Virus record (IMG/VR): IMGVR_UViG_3300036715_002842
Coordinates: 1 to 64,000 of that record
Strand: one strand, 5' to 3'
DNA: 64,000 nt
Source: a virus
The position numbers and the translations under genes were made by a program. This document shows positions 34,940 through 44,026 of this stretch, one piece after another (the stretch's first letter is position 1; every line of letters begins with the position of its first letter). The notes under the pieces were generated by a model. That model saw only the letters and a list, made by a program, of their open reading frames with translations, was not told the origin of the DNA and did no database searches.

Positions 34940-35308
34940 TGGTGGAGGTGGGGGAAATCGAATCCCCGTCCGAAAAGCTTCAGAAGGTAATTCATTCACA
35001 GGCTTAGTTCGAATCTAGTGACCTCTGTGGAGGATCGAACAACTCCAATCGAGGACTTGTTCCTTTGTCTCAACTGGAAGCCAGGAACACTCTTCCAATC
35101 CAGTTTATCTCTTCACCTCAGCAGGACGAATCCACCCTCGGATCTGATGCAACTAGGCTACTAAACGATCACCTAGAGGTTGCTGCTTACGCAGCCTGGA
35201 GAAAACGATCGTTTTCGGCAGTTGTGTTTGTTGGGCTTTTTAGGAGGCCAGCCCACCTCCGCCTGCACTACACTCCGGATTAGCCATCCGTCGAAACCTG
35301 GCACCCCC
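34940..35308 (-). ncRNA. ssrA: tmRNA, tag (A)AENDRFLQAA
   Basis: GGGGGTG...TTCGAC 5' end, G3:U acceptor, GGGGATTCGATTTCCCCCACCTCCACCA 3' end; resume codon after ACAACT. Confidence 0.92.
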
Positions 35309-35441
35309 AAGAGTTGGATTGGCTTGTAGGACCAATCCTGAGAGATCGTTACATTTGGTTTGCACCTACTAACGATTCACACCTTAGCACCGGTTCACCT
35401 TCCACCGAAAGGTTCCCCAAGTTGCTTAGACCTGGGAATTG

Positions 35442-35512
35442 TAGGTCCAGAGGGTATCGAACCCTCTTCCTCGCCTTAAAAGGGCGATGCTTCACCTTAA
35501 AGCTTTGGACCC
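35442..35512 (-). tRNA. tRNA-Lys (TTT), CCA not encoded
   Basis: TCGCC-CTTTTAA-GGCGA; GAGGG-TTCGATA-CCCTC. Confidence 0.85.
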
Positions 35513-35605
35513 GTTTGATGGGGATAGGAGGCAATGACCCATTCGGAGCCGCCTACCGTTAACCCATGCTGGACCCCACGGTCAGACCAGCATGCCCAAG
35601 ATTCA

Positions 35606-35679
35606 GACCAAAGAGTGGGTTCGAACCACTGTCCTCCCCAGACGTGCTGGGCGCTCTGACCGGCTGAGCTACCTTGGTC
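35606..35679 (-). ncRNA. tRNA-like element with 5-nt anticodon loop
   Basis: Canonical D arm (TAGCTCAGCCGGTCAGAGC) and T arm (AGTGG-TTCGAAC-CCACT), but CCCAG-CACGT-CTGGG and no CCA. Confidence 0.6.
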
Positions 35680-35730
35680 CTTTCCAGCTAGTGCACTAGC
35701 GTCAACAAGCCCGGATGTGGGTCTAGAACT

Positions 35731-35938
35731 CCACGGGGCTTGCAGGGAACTGATTGGTGGTAGCCCGATCCTCTGCTACTGAGCAAGTTGACCGGCACCT
35801 CATCGGGATGACGACCAACTGGCACCGAAGTGCACCACGGGGCTTGCAGGGAACTGATTGGTGGTAGCCCGATCCTCTGCTACTGAGCAAGTTGACCGGC
35901 ACCTCATCGGGATGACGACCAACTGGCACCGAAGTGCA
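35731..35938. repeat. perfect 104-bp tandem duplication
   Basis: 35731-35834 identical to 35835-35938. Confidence 0.92.
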
Positions 35939-35946
35939 CCAAAGAA

Positions 35947-36084
35947 CTACTTCACTCCCTCCTTTCTCCGGAGCAGCTCGAACTTCGCTGCCGCGGCCAG
36001 AAGGGATCCTGACTGAACCACCGCCTGCAACTGCGAGACGGTCATCCTACGCACGCTCTCTGCGTGCTTGCTTGATTGTGCCAT
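35947..36084 (-). CDS. small hypothetical protein (45 aa)
   Basis: AAGGAGG RBS; MAQSSKHAESVRRMTVSQLQAVVQSGSLLAAAAKFELLRRKEGVK*. Confidence 0.55.
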   Translation of the reverse strand: MAQSSKHAESVRRMTVSQLQAVVQSGSLLAAAAKFELLRRKEGVK

Positions 36085-36524
36085 GGGGCACCTCCTTCCA
36101 ACAAGTTGTTGGAAGGTCTTACGTGTCTGCGTACCTCATCGTTGCTCCTTTTGGAAAAGTGGAAGGATCGGGTTCGGTGTTATTTCACCCTCCAGGTCGT
36201 GTAACGTCCTAGGGAAGTCCCACCCGATTTCTTGAAGATATTTGGTTGGGGATTGGTGGCCACCGCACCCCAACCTACCTGTCGGTCCTATTGCCGTGGA
36301 TCGTTCATTCCCAACCTCCACGAGGAGTAGGTCCTTTTCGTCCCTGTTGGCAGCGACCGGTCTGTGCCGGGCTCACCGCTAGTTCTGTGGAGTCAGGGCT
36401 CCAGACATCCCGAGGGGAATTTGCACGGGACGATCTTGTGTTACAGAAAGGTACGAGTAGGAGTTCGCAAAGCTCCATTCTCCACTCATTGCGGAGATCC
36501 TGCACTTGGAGGTGATACTCGTAA

Positions 36525-36601
36525 TGGTCGGCTATGAGTGATTCGAACACTCGACCTTCGCGACCCAAACGCGACGCGCTACCAGGCTGCGCTAATAGCC
36601 G
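36525..36601 (-). tRNA. tRNA-Pro (TGG)
   Basis: CGG...CCGA-CCA; TCGCG-TTTGGGT-CGCGA. Confidence 0.92.
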
Positions 36602-36798
36602 GGAGGACTCGGTTTTAGTGGAGTTGACTGGAACCCGACCCCGAGTCACCCAGTTGCGCTGCTCCGCTGGGATGCCGGAGGTATTCACCGCTTTCGCGGG
36701 GCGCTGGAGGTCCCCTCAGTCAGTGGGAACCGGGGTCTAACACCTGATGCGCTTTTCGCTCTTGGGCCGCTTTTCATGACCGTTCAGGCAGTTACCTT

Positions 36799-36872
36799 TG
36801 GTTAGGGTGGTAGGATTCGAACCTACGAGGGGAGCGTCAAAGACTCCTGGTTTACCGCTAGCCTACACCCCA
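36799..36872 (-). tRNA. tRNA-Gln (TTG)
   Basis: U1:A72; GGAGT-CTTTGAC-GCTCC; CCA. Confidence 0.88.
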
Positions 36873-36999
36873 ATGGTTGGTGACTTTAGGAAAGCCACCA
36901 GAACCCTCAAAGGATGCCCTGAAGCATCGTTTGGATGGTAAATGCATTATTCGGTTGTCAGAGATCTGTTACTTGACCGAAGTCAAACTCAACTCATAA

Positions 37000-37028
37000 A
37001 GGATAGGGTTGAGGGTAAAAATTGTCAA
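37000..37028 (-). promoter_or_regulatory. promoter of the tRNA/tmRNA operon
   Basis: TTGACA-17 nt-TATCCT. Confidence 0.7.
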
Positions 37029-37225
37029 GGCTGAAAAATTGCGGTCCCACAAAATTAAACCCCGGTTTTGCCGAGGTCCGTGGGAAAGATCAGAATGCCT
37101 TTACCAGGACCCGGGAGACCCTTTTGTTAATCTTCCTTGTGGTAGACATACGAACATGGATTACCTCTTCTTAAAAAGTATAACCGTCTTTTTGAAAAAT
37201 GCAAGGGAAATCTTTACCTCAACTT

Positions 37226-37537
37226 TTACCGACGGAAATAGTTCTCGTCCTTCAGCAGAGAATGCTCTCCACCATCAGGTCCGATTGCGAAGACGCCATC
37301 AAGAGGGGCGCCACCAGTCAGGACCTGAACATTCCCGAAGGTCTGTCCAGCAGGTGCCTTGACCGCGTACTTCCGTCCATTGAGAACAATGGAAACGATC
37401 CGGTTACCATCCACATCCTTCGACTTCTTCAGGTGCTCTTCGAAGTGAGTGAGGTACTTGTCGGAGATATAGACATGGGAGACTGGGTATCCCTGGCCTT
37501 CGTATTCCTTGAGAGCTAAGCTAATCTGCTGAAGCAT
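37226..37537 (-). CDS. hypothetical protein
   Basis: GGAGG RBS; 103 aa. Confidence 0.7.
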   Translation of the reverse strand: MLQQISLALKEYEGQGYPVSHVYISDKYLTHFEEHLKKSKDVDGNRIVSIVLNGRKYAVKAPAGQTFGNVQVLTGGAPLDGVFAIGPDGGEHSLLKDENYFRR

Positions 37538-37563
37538 GTGGCCTCCAGATTAGATAACCGTAT

Positions 37564-38097
37564 TTACACGTTCTCGATTTTACGAAGATGTTGGATGGTC
37601 TTCTGAAGATCCCCTTTGCCCCACTCACGCATCGCATCAATTCCATGATCACGATCTGATGGTGTTCTTAGGGTTTTCAAGAAGGAGTCAAATTCATTGT
37701 ACATCTTCTCGTAGTGCGGATCTGTAATGCCAATCACTTCGTTTGATTTTGACCATAGATCGTAGCTGTTCAGATCGGTGATGAGCTTGTCTATGGCACT
37801 AGACTGAGTTCGGAAACCAGCGGTTTTACCAATGGATCGAACTATTTGATCATACTTGTAATCGTATAGAAATTCTGGATCGTTGAGGCGTTTACGTACC
37901 ACTTCCTTGAATTCTGGTTTTTCTTTCCACTCAGTCCAGGCTTTACCATTCTCCGGCGTTACAATGCTGAAACCTTCCCGACTGGAGTCCCCCTCCGCAT
38001 CGGTGACCTTGAATGCCTTGCCGTAAAGCTTATCGAAGTCAAGATGTACACGGTTCCCAGACTGAGTTCGGAAACCAGCTACAATCCGCAGCTTCAT
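37564..38097 (-). CDS. hypothetical protein (MKLRIVA leader; possible internal virion protein)
   Basis: TGATG coupling at 38097; AGFRTQS occurs twice. Confidence 0.7.
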   Translation of the reverse strand: MKLRIVAGFRTQSGNRVHLDFDKLYGKAFKVTDAEGDSSREGFSIVTPENGKAWTEWKEKPEFKEVVRKRLNDPEFLYDYKYDQIVRSIGKTAGFRTQSSAIDKLITDLNSYDLWSKSNEVIGITDPHYEKMYNEFDSFLKTLRTPSDRDHGIDAMREWGKGDLQKTIQHLRKIENV

Positions 38098-38423
38098 CAC
38101 TGCACCGTTGGAGATTTGATGGTGTAACCATCTCGATGCGAATCCACTTCCCAACCCAGATTCTTGAAGTAATCCAGGACAGCAGGGTCCTCATTCGTAT
38201 CAAAGAAGATCACGAACTTCCCACCCTCAAGATGGGCCGAGGTCGTCACCGGACGTAGATACTCAATCTCAACCGTTGTCTGCGTTCCCAGTCCAAAGTT
38301 CAGTTTCTCGATCTTAGGTGGCAGATGCATCTCGATTGGCATGGGGCAGTGGGACAGAATATCTTTGATGGTCCCAAAGGTGAGGGACTTAGGACGATCA
38401 GCTGCCACAATCTTGAACTTCAC
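38097..38423 (-). CDS. hypothetical protein (MKFKIVA leader)
   Basis: GAGGAG RBS before GTG 38423. Confidence 0.65.
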   Translation of the reverse strand: MKFKIVAADRPKSLTFGTIKDILSHCPMPIEMHLPPKIEKLNFGLGTQTTVEIEYLRPVTTSAHLEGGKFVIFFDTNEDPAVLDYFKNLGWEVDSHRDGYTIKSPTVQ

Positions 38424-38443
38424 TTGCTCTCCTCTTGGAGTCA

Positions 38444-38695
38444 TTATTGTAAGAAAACTTGATTCCCAAATAGGATAGCAGTAATGCCTTCTTTGAATGT
38501 TACTAAGCTCATATATTGATTGGGTGACGAGCTCTCTCTAGGACTACGGACTTGAGTAAACACTTCGATAGTTTCTATCGTTACATCTTGTTGAGTTCCA
38601 CCTTTAGTGAAGATACGGATTGAATCTCCGATGACAAAATTCTTATTTTGATATCGTAGATGCTCGCTTGTTTTCGCAACAATCTTCAGTTTCAT
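38444..38695 (-). CDS. hypothetical protein (MKLKIVA leader)
   Basis: AGGAG RBS before ATG 38695. Confidence 0.65.
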   Translation of the reverse strand: MKLKIVAKTSEHLRYQNKNFVIGDSIRIFTKGGTQQDVTIETIEVFTQVRSPRESSSPNQYMSLVTFKEGITAILFGNQVFLQ

Positions 38696-38706
38696 ACCTT
38701 CTCCTC

Positions 38707-39144
38707 TCACTTGCTTTCCTCTTGAAGCTGTAGAATCTGCTCTTCAGAGTAAGGGATTGCAACTACAGAATAGCCTTTTTCCTTGTCACCCAAGAACTTC
38801 ATCTTGATGGACTTGGGCACTGCGTAAGGTTTCAGGGGTGTACCAGATTTCAGATTCAGGTGGACCCAGTGCCCCTTGATCTCAGTGGTGAACATCCCGG
38901 GTAGAAGGGAGGTAGTCATCACCTGGAACATTGGCTCACATACGATCACTCCCTTGTGAATGGTGTAGGTCTCTGCGAGGAGCCTTACCGCCCAGAAGGT
39001 GTTGTTGTGGGACTTGGGGTCCAGTACCTTACTGTTACGATCCGGGAGAACTACCTTACCAAGAGTCCGAGAAATCAACGGAAAGGAGTTTGGATTAGTC
39101 GAATCGTACTTGTTGTTCTCAATGAACTTTATGATTGTGTACAT
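38707..39144 (-). CDS. hypothetical protein
   Basis: 145-aa ORF, coupled. Confidence 0.7.
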   Translation of the reverse strand: MYTIIKFIENNKYDSTNPNSFPLISRTLGKVVLPDRNSKVLDPKSHNNTFWAVRLLAETYTIHKGVIVCEPMFQVMTTSLLPGMFTTEIKGHWVHLNLKSGTPLKPYAVPKSIKMKFLGDKEKGYSVVAIPYSEEQILQLQEESK

Positions 39145-39968
39145 CAGAAGAGCCTGGTCCGGTCGATAGCAATCTCGGAGATGTTTACTGCTGGAACTCC
39201 GGAGACTTGTAATTTGAGGATGTCACTGAAAGAGTAAGCCCTGAAGGGATACACCAGTGTTTGGGTTGTGTAACTTGTTGCGGAGAAGCTCATGTTGGTC
39301 TTGATGGTTGTTGAATTTCCATTCTCAAAGGTCTTGAGAGCTTCTACGCTCAGAACCGCTGGCGCATCCCCACGTGCAGTGATTCGAATGCTTGAGATGT
39401 AACGATCTTTGTTCTCTGGAATTTTCAGGTAGAAGGCGCTGTCCGTATTCTTGAAGTTACGGAATAGAATCCCATCAGTGTAGCTGAGATCCACGATGGG
39501 AGTATAGATCTGTGGGAAAGGTGGTACCAAGATTTCTGGAGCGTCTAGGGACCTCTGACCCAAGTCCACTACTGTGAAGATGTTACCGACCTTCTGAATC
39601 CACGCAAGAGGCATGCGAACCAGATTGGTGATGTTCGTTAGTGCATCCGCGGCAACCTTGTTCTGAACAACTTCGTATCTAACCTCGTCGTTCATCATCC
39701 CAGGCTCAATCAGCCGGGTAGCGATCAGGGTTGCCCAGTAATCTCCAGTTCCAGGTTCTACGAGCTGGATCTTGACTGGTTCTGTCTCACCGATGACCAT
39801 TCCATCTGGCAGGATCATGTAGCCTGGAGCGATGGTCAAGGTCATGTCTGTGGTATTCAGATAAGTAGTGAGCCCGTACTTAACCCCAGGCTCGGAGTTC
39901 GCCTTCACCATAAAGAGAAGGTTTTCCTGCGTTAAATCGTCTTGAAAACCAATGAAGCGCTTTTGCAT
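39144..39968 (-). CDS. putative virion structural (baseplate/tail-associated) protein
   Basis: LTIAPGYMILPDG motif similar to the N-termini of the 44017 and 61735 proteins. Confidence 0.55.
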   Translation of the reverse strand: MQKRFIGFQDDLTQENLLFMVKANSEPGVKYGLTTYLNTTDMTLTIAPGYMILPDGMVIGETEPVKIQLVEPGTGDYWATLIATRLIEPGMMNDEVRYEVVQNKVAADALTNITNLVRMPLAWIQKVGNIFTVVDLGQRSLDAPEILVPPFPQIYTPIVDLSYTDGILFRNFKNTDSAFYLKIPENKDRYISSIRITARGDAPAVLSVEALKTFENGNSTTIKTNMSFSATSYTTQTLVYPFRAYSFSDILKLQVSGVPAVNISEIAIDRTRLF

Positions 39969-39969
39969 G

Positions 39970-40383
39970 TTACTCTTCTAGGAGAAGTTTAGAATTGATG
40001 GCGGCGCTAGAAAGGGCTTTCCGAAGACTGTCTACTACCTTGGGATCCCCGGTTACCTGCTGGGCCAGAGTCATGCACTCCTTCAACTTGAAGTTGAGTT
40101 GGATTGCTCTTTGATCCAGTCGGATGGCAGCGATCTTGGTGGATTCGATTTCTGAGAGAAAGTCACTCAGCCACTGATGAACCCGATCCGATAGGGCTCT
40201 GGATGGGGTGGAAGAATGAAGATCAATTTCCAGATCGGACTGCACATCATAGAGATGCTCCAGTCGCTTTCCATTGGCTGGAGTCTCTTCCGAACTCTCG
40301 ATACGCTTGATCTCTTTCCGGATGTAGGAAAGAACCTTGCGAACCTCGGATTTGTCCGAACCAGCCTTGATCCGAAACTTCAT
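39970..40383 (-). CDS. hypothetical protein (MKFRIKA leader)
   Basis: TAATG coupling at 40383. Confidence 0.65.
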   Translation of the reverse strand: MKFRIKAGSDKSEVRKVLSYIRKEIKRIESSEETPANGKRLEHLYDVQSDLEIDLHSSTPSRALSDRVHQWLSDFLSEIESTKIAAIRLDQRAIQLNFKLKECMTLAQQVTGDPKVVDSLRKALSSAAINSKLLLEE

Positions 40384-40766
40384 TACAGCACCGTGTCGTA
40401 GTTGGTGGCGTACATGTCCGACAAGCCCTTCCACTGGGAAACCGCTTCTGTCAGCTTGACCAGATTTACATCGCAGAATGTCTTGGCGGCAAGAGCGGGA
40501 TCCGGGGTTTCCGCGGTTACCTTGAACACTCTCATATAGGTAACCTCGGTCGAGTTGGAAGGATCGATCACGAGATTGATGGGTTCTAGGCTGAAGTTGC
40601 AAGCCGGGGCGCCACCGCCAGCATCGGCAGCAAAAGCGCCACCAAAGTTGACGGTCATGGAACCGTACTTGGTAGCCTGTACCTTTTCACTGGACGAGAA
40701 GTTGTTGATCTCGACATTGGCCTTGACTGCTCCGCCCTCGACCGATGTCCAAAGTTTCACTCGCAT
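40383..40766 (-). CDS. hypothetical protein
   Basis: GAGGTG RBS; biased codons. Confidence 0.75.
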   Translation of the reverse strand: MRVKLWTSVEGGAVKANVEINNFSSSEKVQATKYGSMTVNFGGAFAADAGGGAPACNFSLEPINLVIDPSNSTEVTYMRVFKVTAETPDPALAAKTFCDVNLVKLTEAVSQWKGLSDMYATNYDTVL

Positions 40767-40819
40767 GAGCCACCTCTTTTAATATTCTGGGAGAAAATCA
40801 CTCTTTTGTTGAATTTGAG

Positions 40820-43800
40820 CTACACGGGATTCGCTACGATGGTGAAGGTCGAGATCTTCACGAAGTTCTCTTGCGAGGTGATCTGGAGCTTGATGTTGTA
40901 AGTTCCGCCACTGGTAACGGTTCCACCAATGGTGAAGGAGTTCATGGAAACGTTGGAATCGTATACAATCGTCGGAACTGGCAGGTCCGCAATTCCGGTG
41001 AGCATGACATCGATTGTGTAGGGTCCAGTACCACCCAGAATCTCAAAGGGTCCAATGTCGGTCAGAACGTGAGCGCCTGGGGTGTTGGGATAGGCGGCTA
41101 CCATGTCTGCTGGAGGTAGGATCAGGAGGTTCTGCACTGGCGGGATCACAATGGAGATTGGAATTTCCGAGCTAACGCCATTGCTATCTGCAACGAATAC
41201 GTGGAGCAGGCCATTCAAGCCGCTTGTTGGAATGTCATGGATTGTGAAAGAGTTTCCGGTATTGACTGCGTTGGAGGCAAGTCCACCGGGCATGGTTGTG
41301 TAGGTGTAGGTTCCCACCCCGTTCACCCCATTGAGAAGGAAGGAGAACGTTGAGGACCACACAGGGCTTGAAACATAGAGTGGGGTAATTCCGATGGTGT
41401 AATTTGCTGCTGGAACTGTGATGTCTAGCAGGTAGATGTTCGACAGACCATTGAAGTCCGTCACCTTGACATTAACGGTTCCCTGAAGCCCTGTGTTGTG
41501 GATGTTCGATATCACCAACTGGTAGGTGTTCATCGCACAATCGCTATACGGAATTGTGCCACCACTCAGAACTGCAATCGAGTACGGAGAAGTTCCACCG
41601 GTCGGCTGGAGATTGAAGGTTGCGGTGCTGGTGTAAGATGGGGCAACGAAGGTGGTTGTCAGTAAGCTACCACTACCAGATCCGCCTGCCTTCGCGGGAA
41701 TCGTTACGGGAATGATGCGTGTAGCAGACTGACTCATCGGAAGACTGCTATCCACTACTCGAACCTCTACTATACCGTTGAGGCCGGAAGCTGGAACGCT
41801 TGGAACCGAGATGATCTCTCCATTCAGTACCGCGTTTGTGATGTCAGAGTTTAGCAGGGTGTAAGTGTAGGGTCCCATACCGCCAGAGACTGAAAGGTTG
41901 AAGTTGAAGAAGTCCACGTTCAGTGGGTAGGTAACCTCTTCCGGTCCGATCGTAAGTGGAAGGGGAACGCTACCAGATGGTGGGGGTGCTGGTAGTGGGG
42001 TATCGGTCATGAAGTTGATTGCGACGGAAGCAAGACGGTTTCCGGAATCCGGTGGGCTGGAAATCTGGAGGAACTGGTACTTGTTGTTTGGAACCTCGAA
42101 CCGATAGAGCATCTTCGAATAGTTGTTGTCGAATGTGAGTGGTGTAAGGGTCAGGGTCCCAGCGCTATCGTACTGAGAGATTGAAACATCTGGTGGATTG
42201 GTGGAGTCCAGAGTGTTGAAGTTTACTTCCATCAGGTAGGAACCCTTCAGGAAGTAGATTGGTCTCGACTGATAGATACTGCTGTAGATGCCTTCGAGTA
42301 CAGTGAACGTTGAAGTCTCTGGATTGAAGGATACAGGGTTCGTAAAGTCTTCGTAGAACAGATCCTTTGAAACTTTCTGAACCCCGATTTTCTGAATTCT
42401 GGTATCGTACACCTTGCTCGTTGTGCCGCGGTTGGTTACCAGGATGGTTGCCAGCTGAATGAGATTTGCCTTGTTCGCAAGACTCTGGGTCATCAGAATT
42501 GTGGTATCCGTTGGCATGTTCGAAGAGGAAGAGTCGATTGAGATCTTCGTTATCGAGGTGTAGGACTTGACAGTTGGTACCCACTGCCCAGGGTAACGGG
42601 TAGTCTGTAGAGCCTTGAGATCCGTTGTGACCGGAACGGTAAAGTTGGCACCTGTACCGGTGTTTATGACGGTCAGGTTCTCCGTAACGGTCTCAGTTCC
42701 ATTCTTGCCCTCGATCTTGAGGACCACGGACATGGAGGCTGGTACTACGAAGTTTCCAAGCGCAAGATTCAAGGTGCCAGTCTGAGGAAGGAAGACCTCA
42801 CTGAACGCATTGTTGCTGAGCTTGTAGAAGTTGGTCTGGAAGACTGGGATCGGATCCAGGACCAGGACTCCGTAGGTATCGGAGTACATGTCGTACCGAT
42901 TCGATACCCCGGAGAGTGCCTGAGTGTTGAATTCCTGGGACTGAAAGCTAGGAAGAACACCAGAATCCGTCACGAAGTACTCAAAGTCGATGGCACCCTC
43001 AATCTGGAGGATGAACTCGTTCCCCTGCTGGAGTGTAACGGTTCCGGCATGAATGACCAGGCACTTGACGGTGAGGGGTTCTGCGATGATCGCGTTGGAG
43101 TAAACGGTCACTACGCGATTGATTCGATCGTACTTGAAGTTATGGAAGGTTCCAGATCCTTCTCTAACGCTCAGTACGTGGGCAGCACCATTCGTGATTG
43201 TGAAGGTTGCCGGGGCATTCCCACCTACGTTCGTATCGATGGAAAGAGGTGGAATGGAAATCTCCACCAGATCCCCGTAGTGGTTTGAGTTCTGGTAGGT
43301 CGAAACAACACCCACGAGACCATTCTGGGTCCAGTACGAAAGGCCCGGAAGGGTTTCCAGGTCCATCATACTCATTCCGTGTGGGTTGTTCGTGCTGGCT
43401 CTTCCAGTTCCTAAGAGGGATCGATGGGTTACATCTTCCCAGGTGAACCAAGGCCTCGTAGTAATCGGAGAAGTGGATTCGATGTATGATGGAGTGATGT
43501 CGGTCTGCTTTGTGAACTCACCCAGTACGATGGTGTAATCCAGATCTGTGTTGGAAAGGAACTGGTATTCGTTCATTGCCAGAAGCTGGATCTCGAAAGC
43601 CATCCCCAACTCAATCGGCTCTACAATTTCTGTTGCCACATTGTAGCGGGTTTCCATCGTAACGTTCGGAATCATTCTCACTACCAGAACGTAGGAGAGA
43701 TCCAGCTCATCCACATTCACAGCGAAAGCGATCTGTGTAGCGGTAAGCAATTCGAAAACGTAACCACTACGGAAGATTGCTTTGCCAGGTTCGATCTGGA

Positions 43801-44017
43801 ACGTGGTGGAATCCGAAAGGGAAACGGACAAGGGACCAGCATTTGAAACTGGATTTGTGGTCGAGAAGATTCCTGGGGTGATGCAGGCTTCGAAGATCTT
43901 GTCGAACTTCGATTTATAGATATCCTGAACAGTGTTCAAGTCTTCCGGGTAGAGGTTGCCCTCGTGGAAGACTCGGTCAGTTAGAATCTGGGTGTTGGTG
44001 AGTCTGACTGCTTGCAT
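40820..44017 (-). CDS. large virion structural protein with C-terminal Ig-like repeats
   Basis: Four GGxxPYT/S-type repeats (VSGGMGPYTY, TGGTSPYSI, NGVGTYTY, LGGTGPYTI). Confidence 0.65.
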   Translation of the reverse strand: MQAVRLTNTQILTDRVFHEGNLYPEDLNTVQDIYKSKFDKIFEACITPGIFSTTNPVSNAGPLSVSLSDSTTFQIEPGKAIFRSGYVFELLTATQIAFAVNVDELDLSYVLVVRMIPNVTMETRYNVATEIVEPIELGMAFEIQLLAMNEYQFLSNTDLDYTIVLGEFTKQTDITPSYIESTSPITTRPWFTWEDVTHRSLLGTGRASTNNPHGMSMMDLETLPGLSYWTQNGLVGVVSTYQNSNHYGDLVEISIPPLSIDTNVGGNAPATFTITNGAAHVLSVREGSGTFHNFKYDRINRVVTVYSNAIIAEPLTVKCLVIHAGTVTLQQGNEFILQIEGAIDFEYFVTDSGVLPSFQSQEFNTQALSGVSNRYDMYSDTYGVLVLDPIPVFQTNFYKLSNNAFSEVFLPQTGTLNLALGNFVVPASMSVVLKIEGKNGTETVTENLTVINTGTGANFTVPVTTDLKALQTTRYPGQWVPTVKSYTSITKISIDSSSSNMPTDTTILMTQSLANKANLIQLATILVTNRGTTSKVYDTRIQKIGVQKVSKDLFYEDFTNPVSFNPETSTFTVLEGIYSSIYQSRPIYFLKGSYLMEVNFNTLDSTNPPDVSISQYDSAGTLTLTPLTFDNNYSKMLYRFEVPNNKYQFLQISSPPDSGNRLASVAINFMTDTPLPAPPPSGSVPLPLTIGPEEVTYPLNVDFFNFNLSVSGGMGPYTYTLLNSDITNAVLNGEIISVPSVPASGLNGIVEVRVVDSSLPMSQSATRIIPVTIPAKAGGSGSGSLLTTTFVAPSYTSTATFNLQPTGGTSPYSIAVLSGGTIPYSDCAMNTYQLVISNIHNTGLQGTVNVKVTDFNGLSNIYLLDITVPAANYTIGITPLYVSSPVWSSTFSFLLNGVNGVGTYTYTTMPGGLASNAVNTGNSFTIHDIPTSGLNGLLHVFVADSNGVSSEIPISIVIPPVQNLLILPPADMVAAYPNTPGAHVLTDIGPFEILGGTGPYTIDVMLTGIADLPVPTIVYDSNVSMNSFTIGGTVTSGGTYNIKLQITSQENFVKISTFTIVANPV

Positions 44018-44026
44018 CGGTTATCC

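Noticed and set aside
35731-35938. CRISPR array or hammerhead ribozyme in the 104-bp repeat
   Set aside because: Only two abutting identical units with no spacers; CCGATGAG lacks the matching GAAA core and stems
33432-36740. Track ORFs of 60-127 aa within the tRNA cluster
   Set aside because: Most overlap tRNA/tmRNA genes or structured RNA, and they lack an RBS and phage-like codon usage
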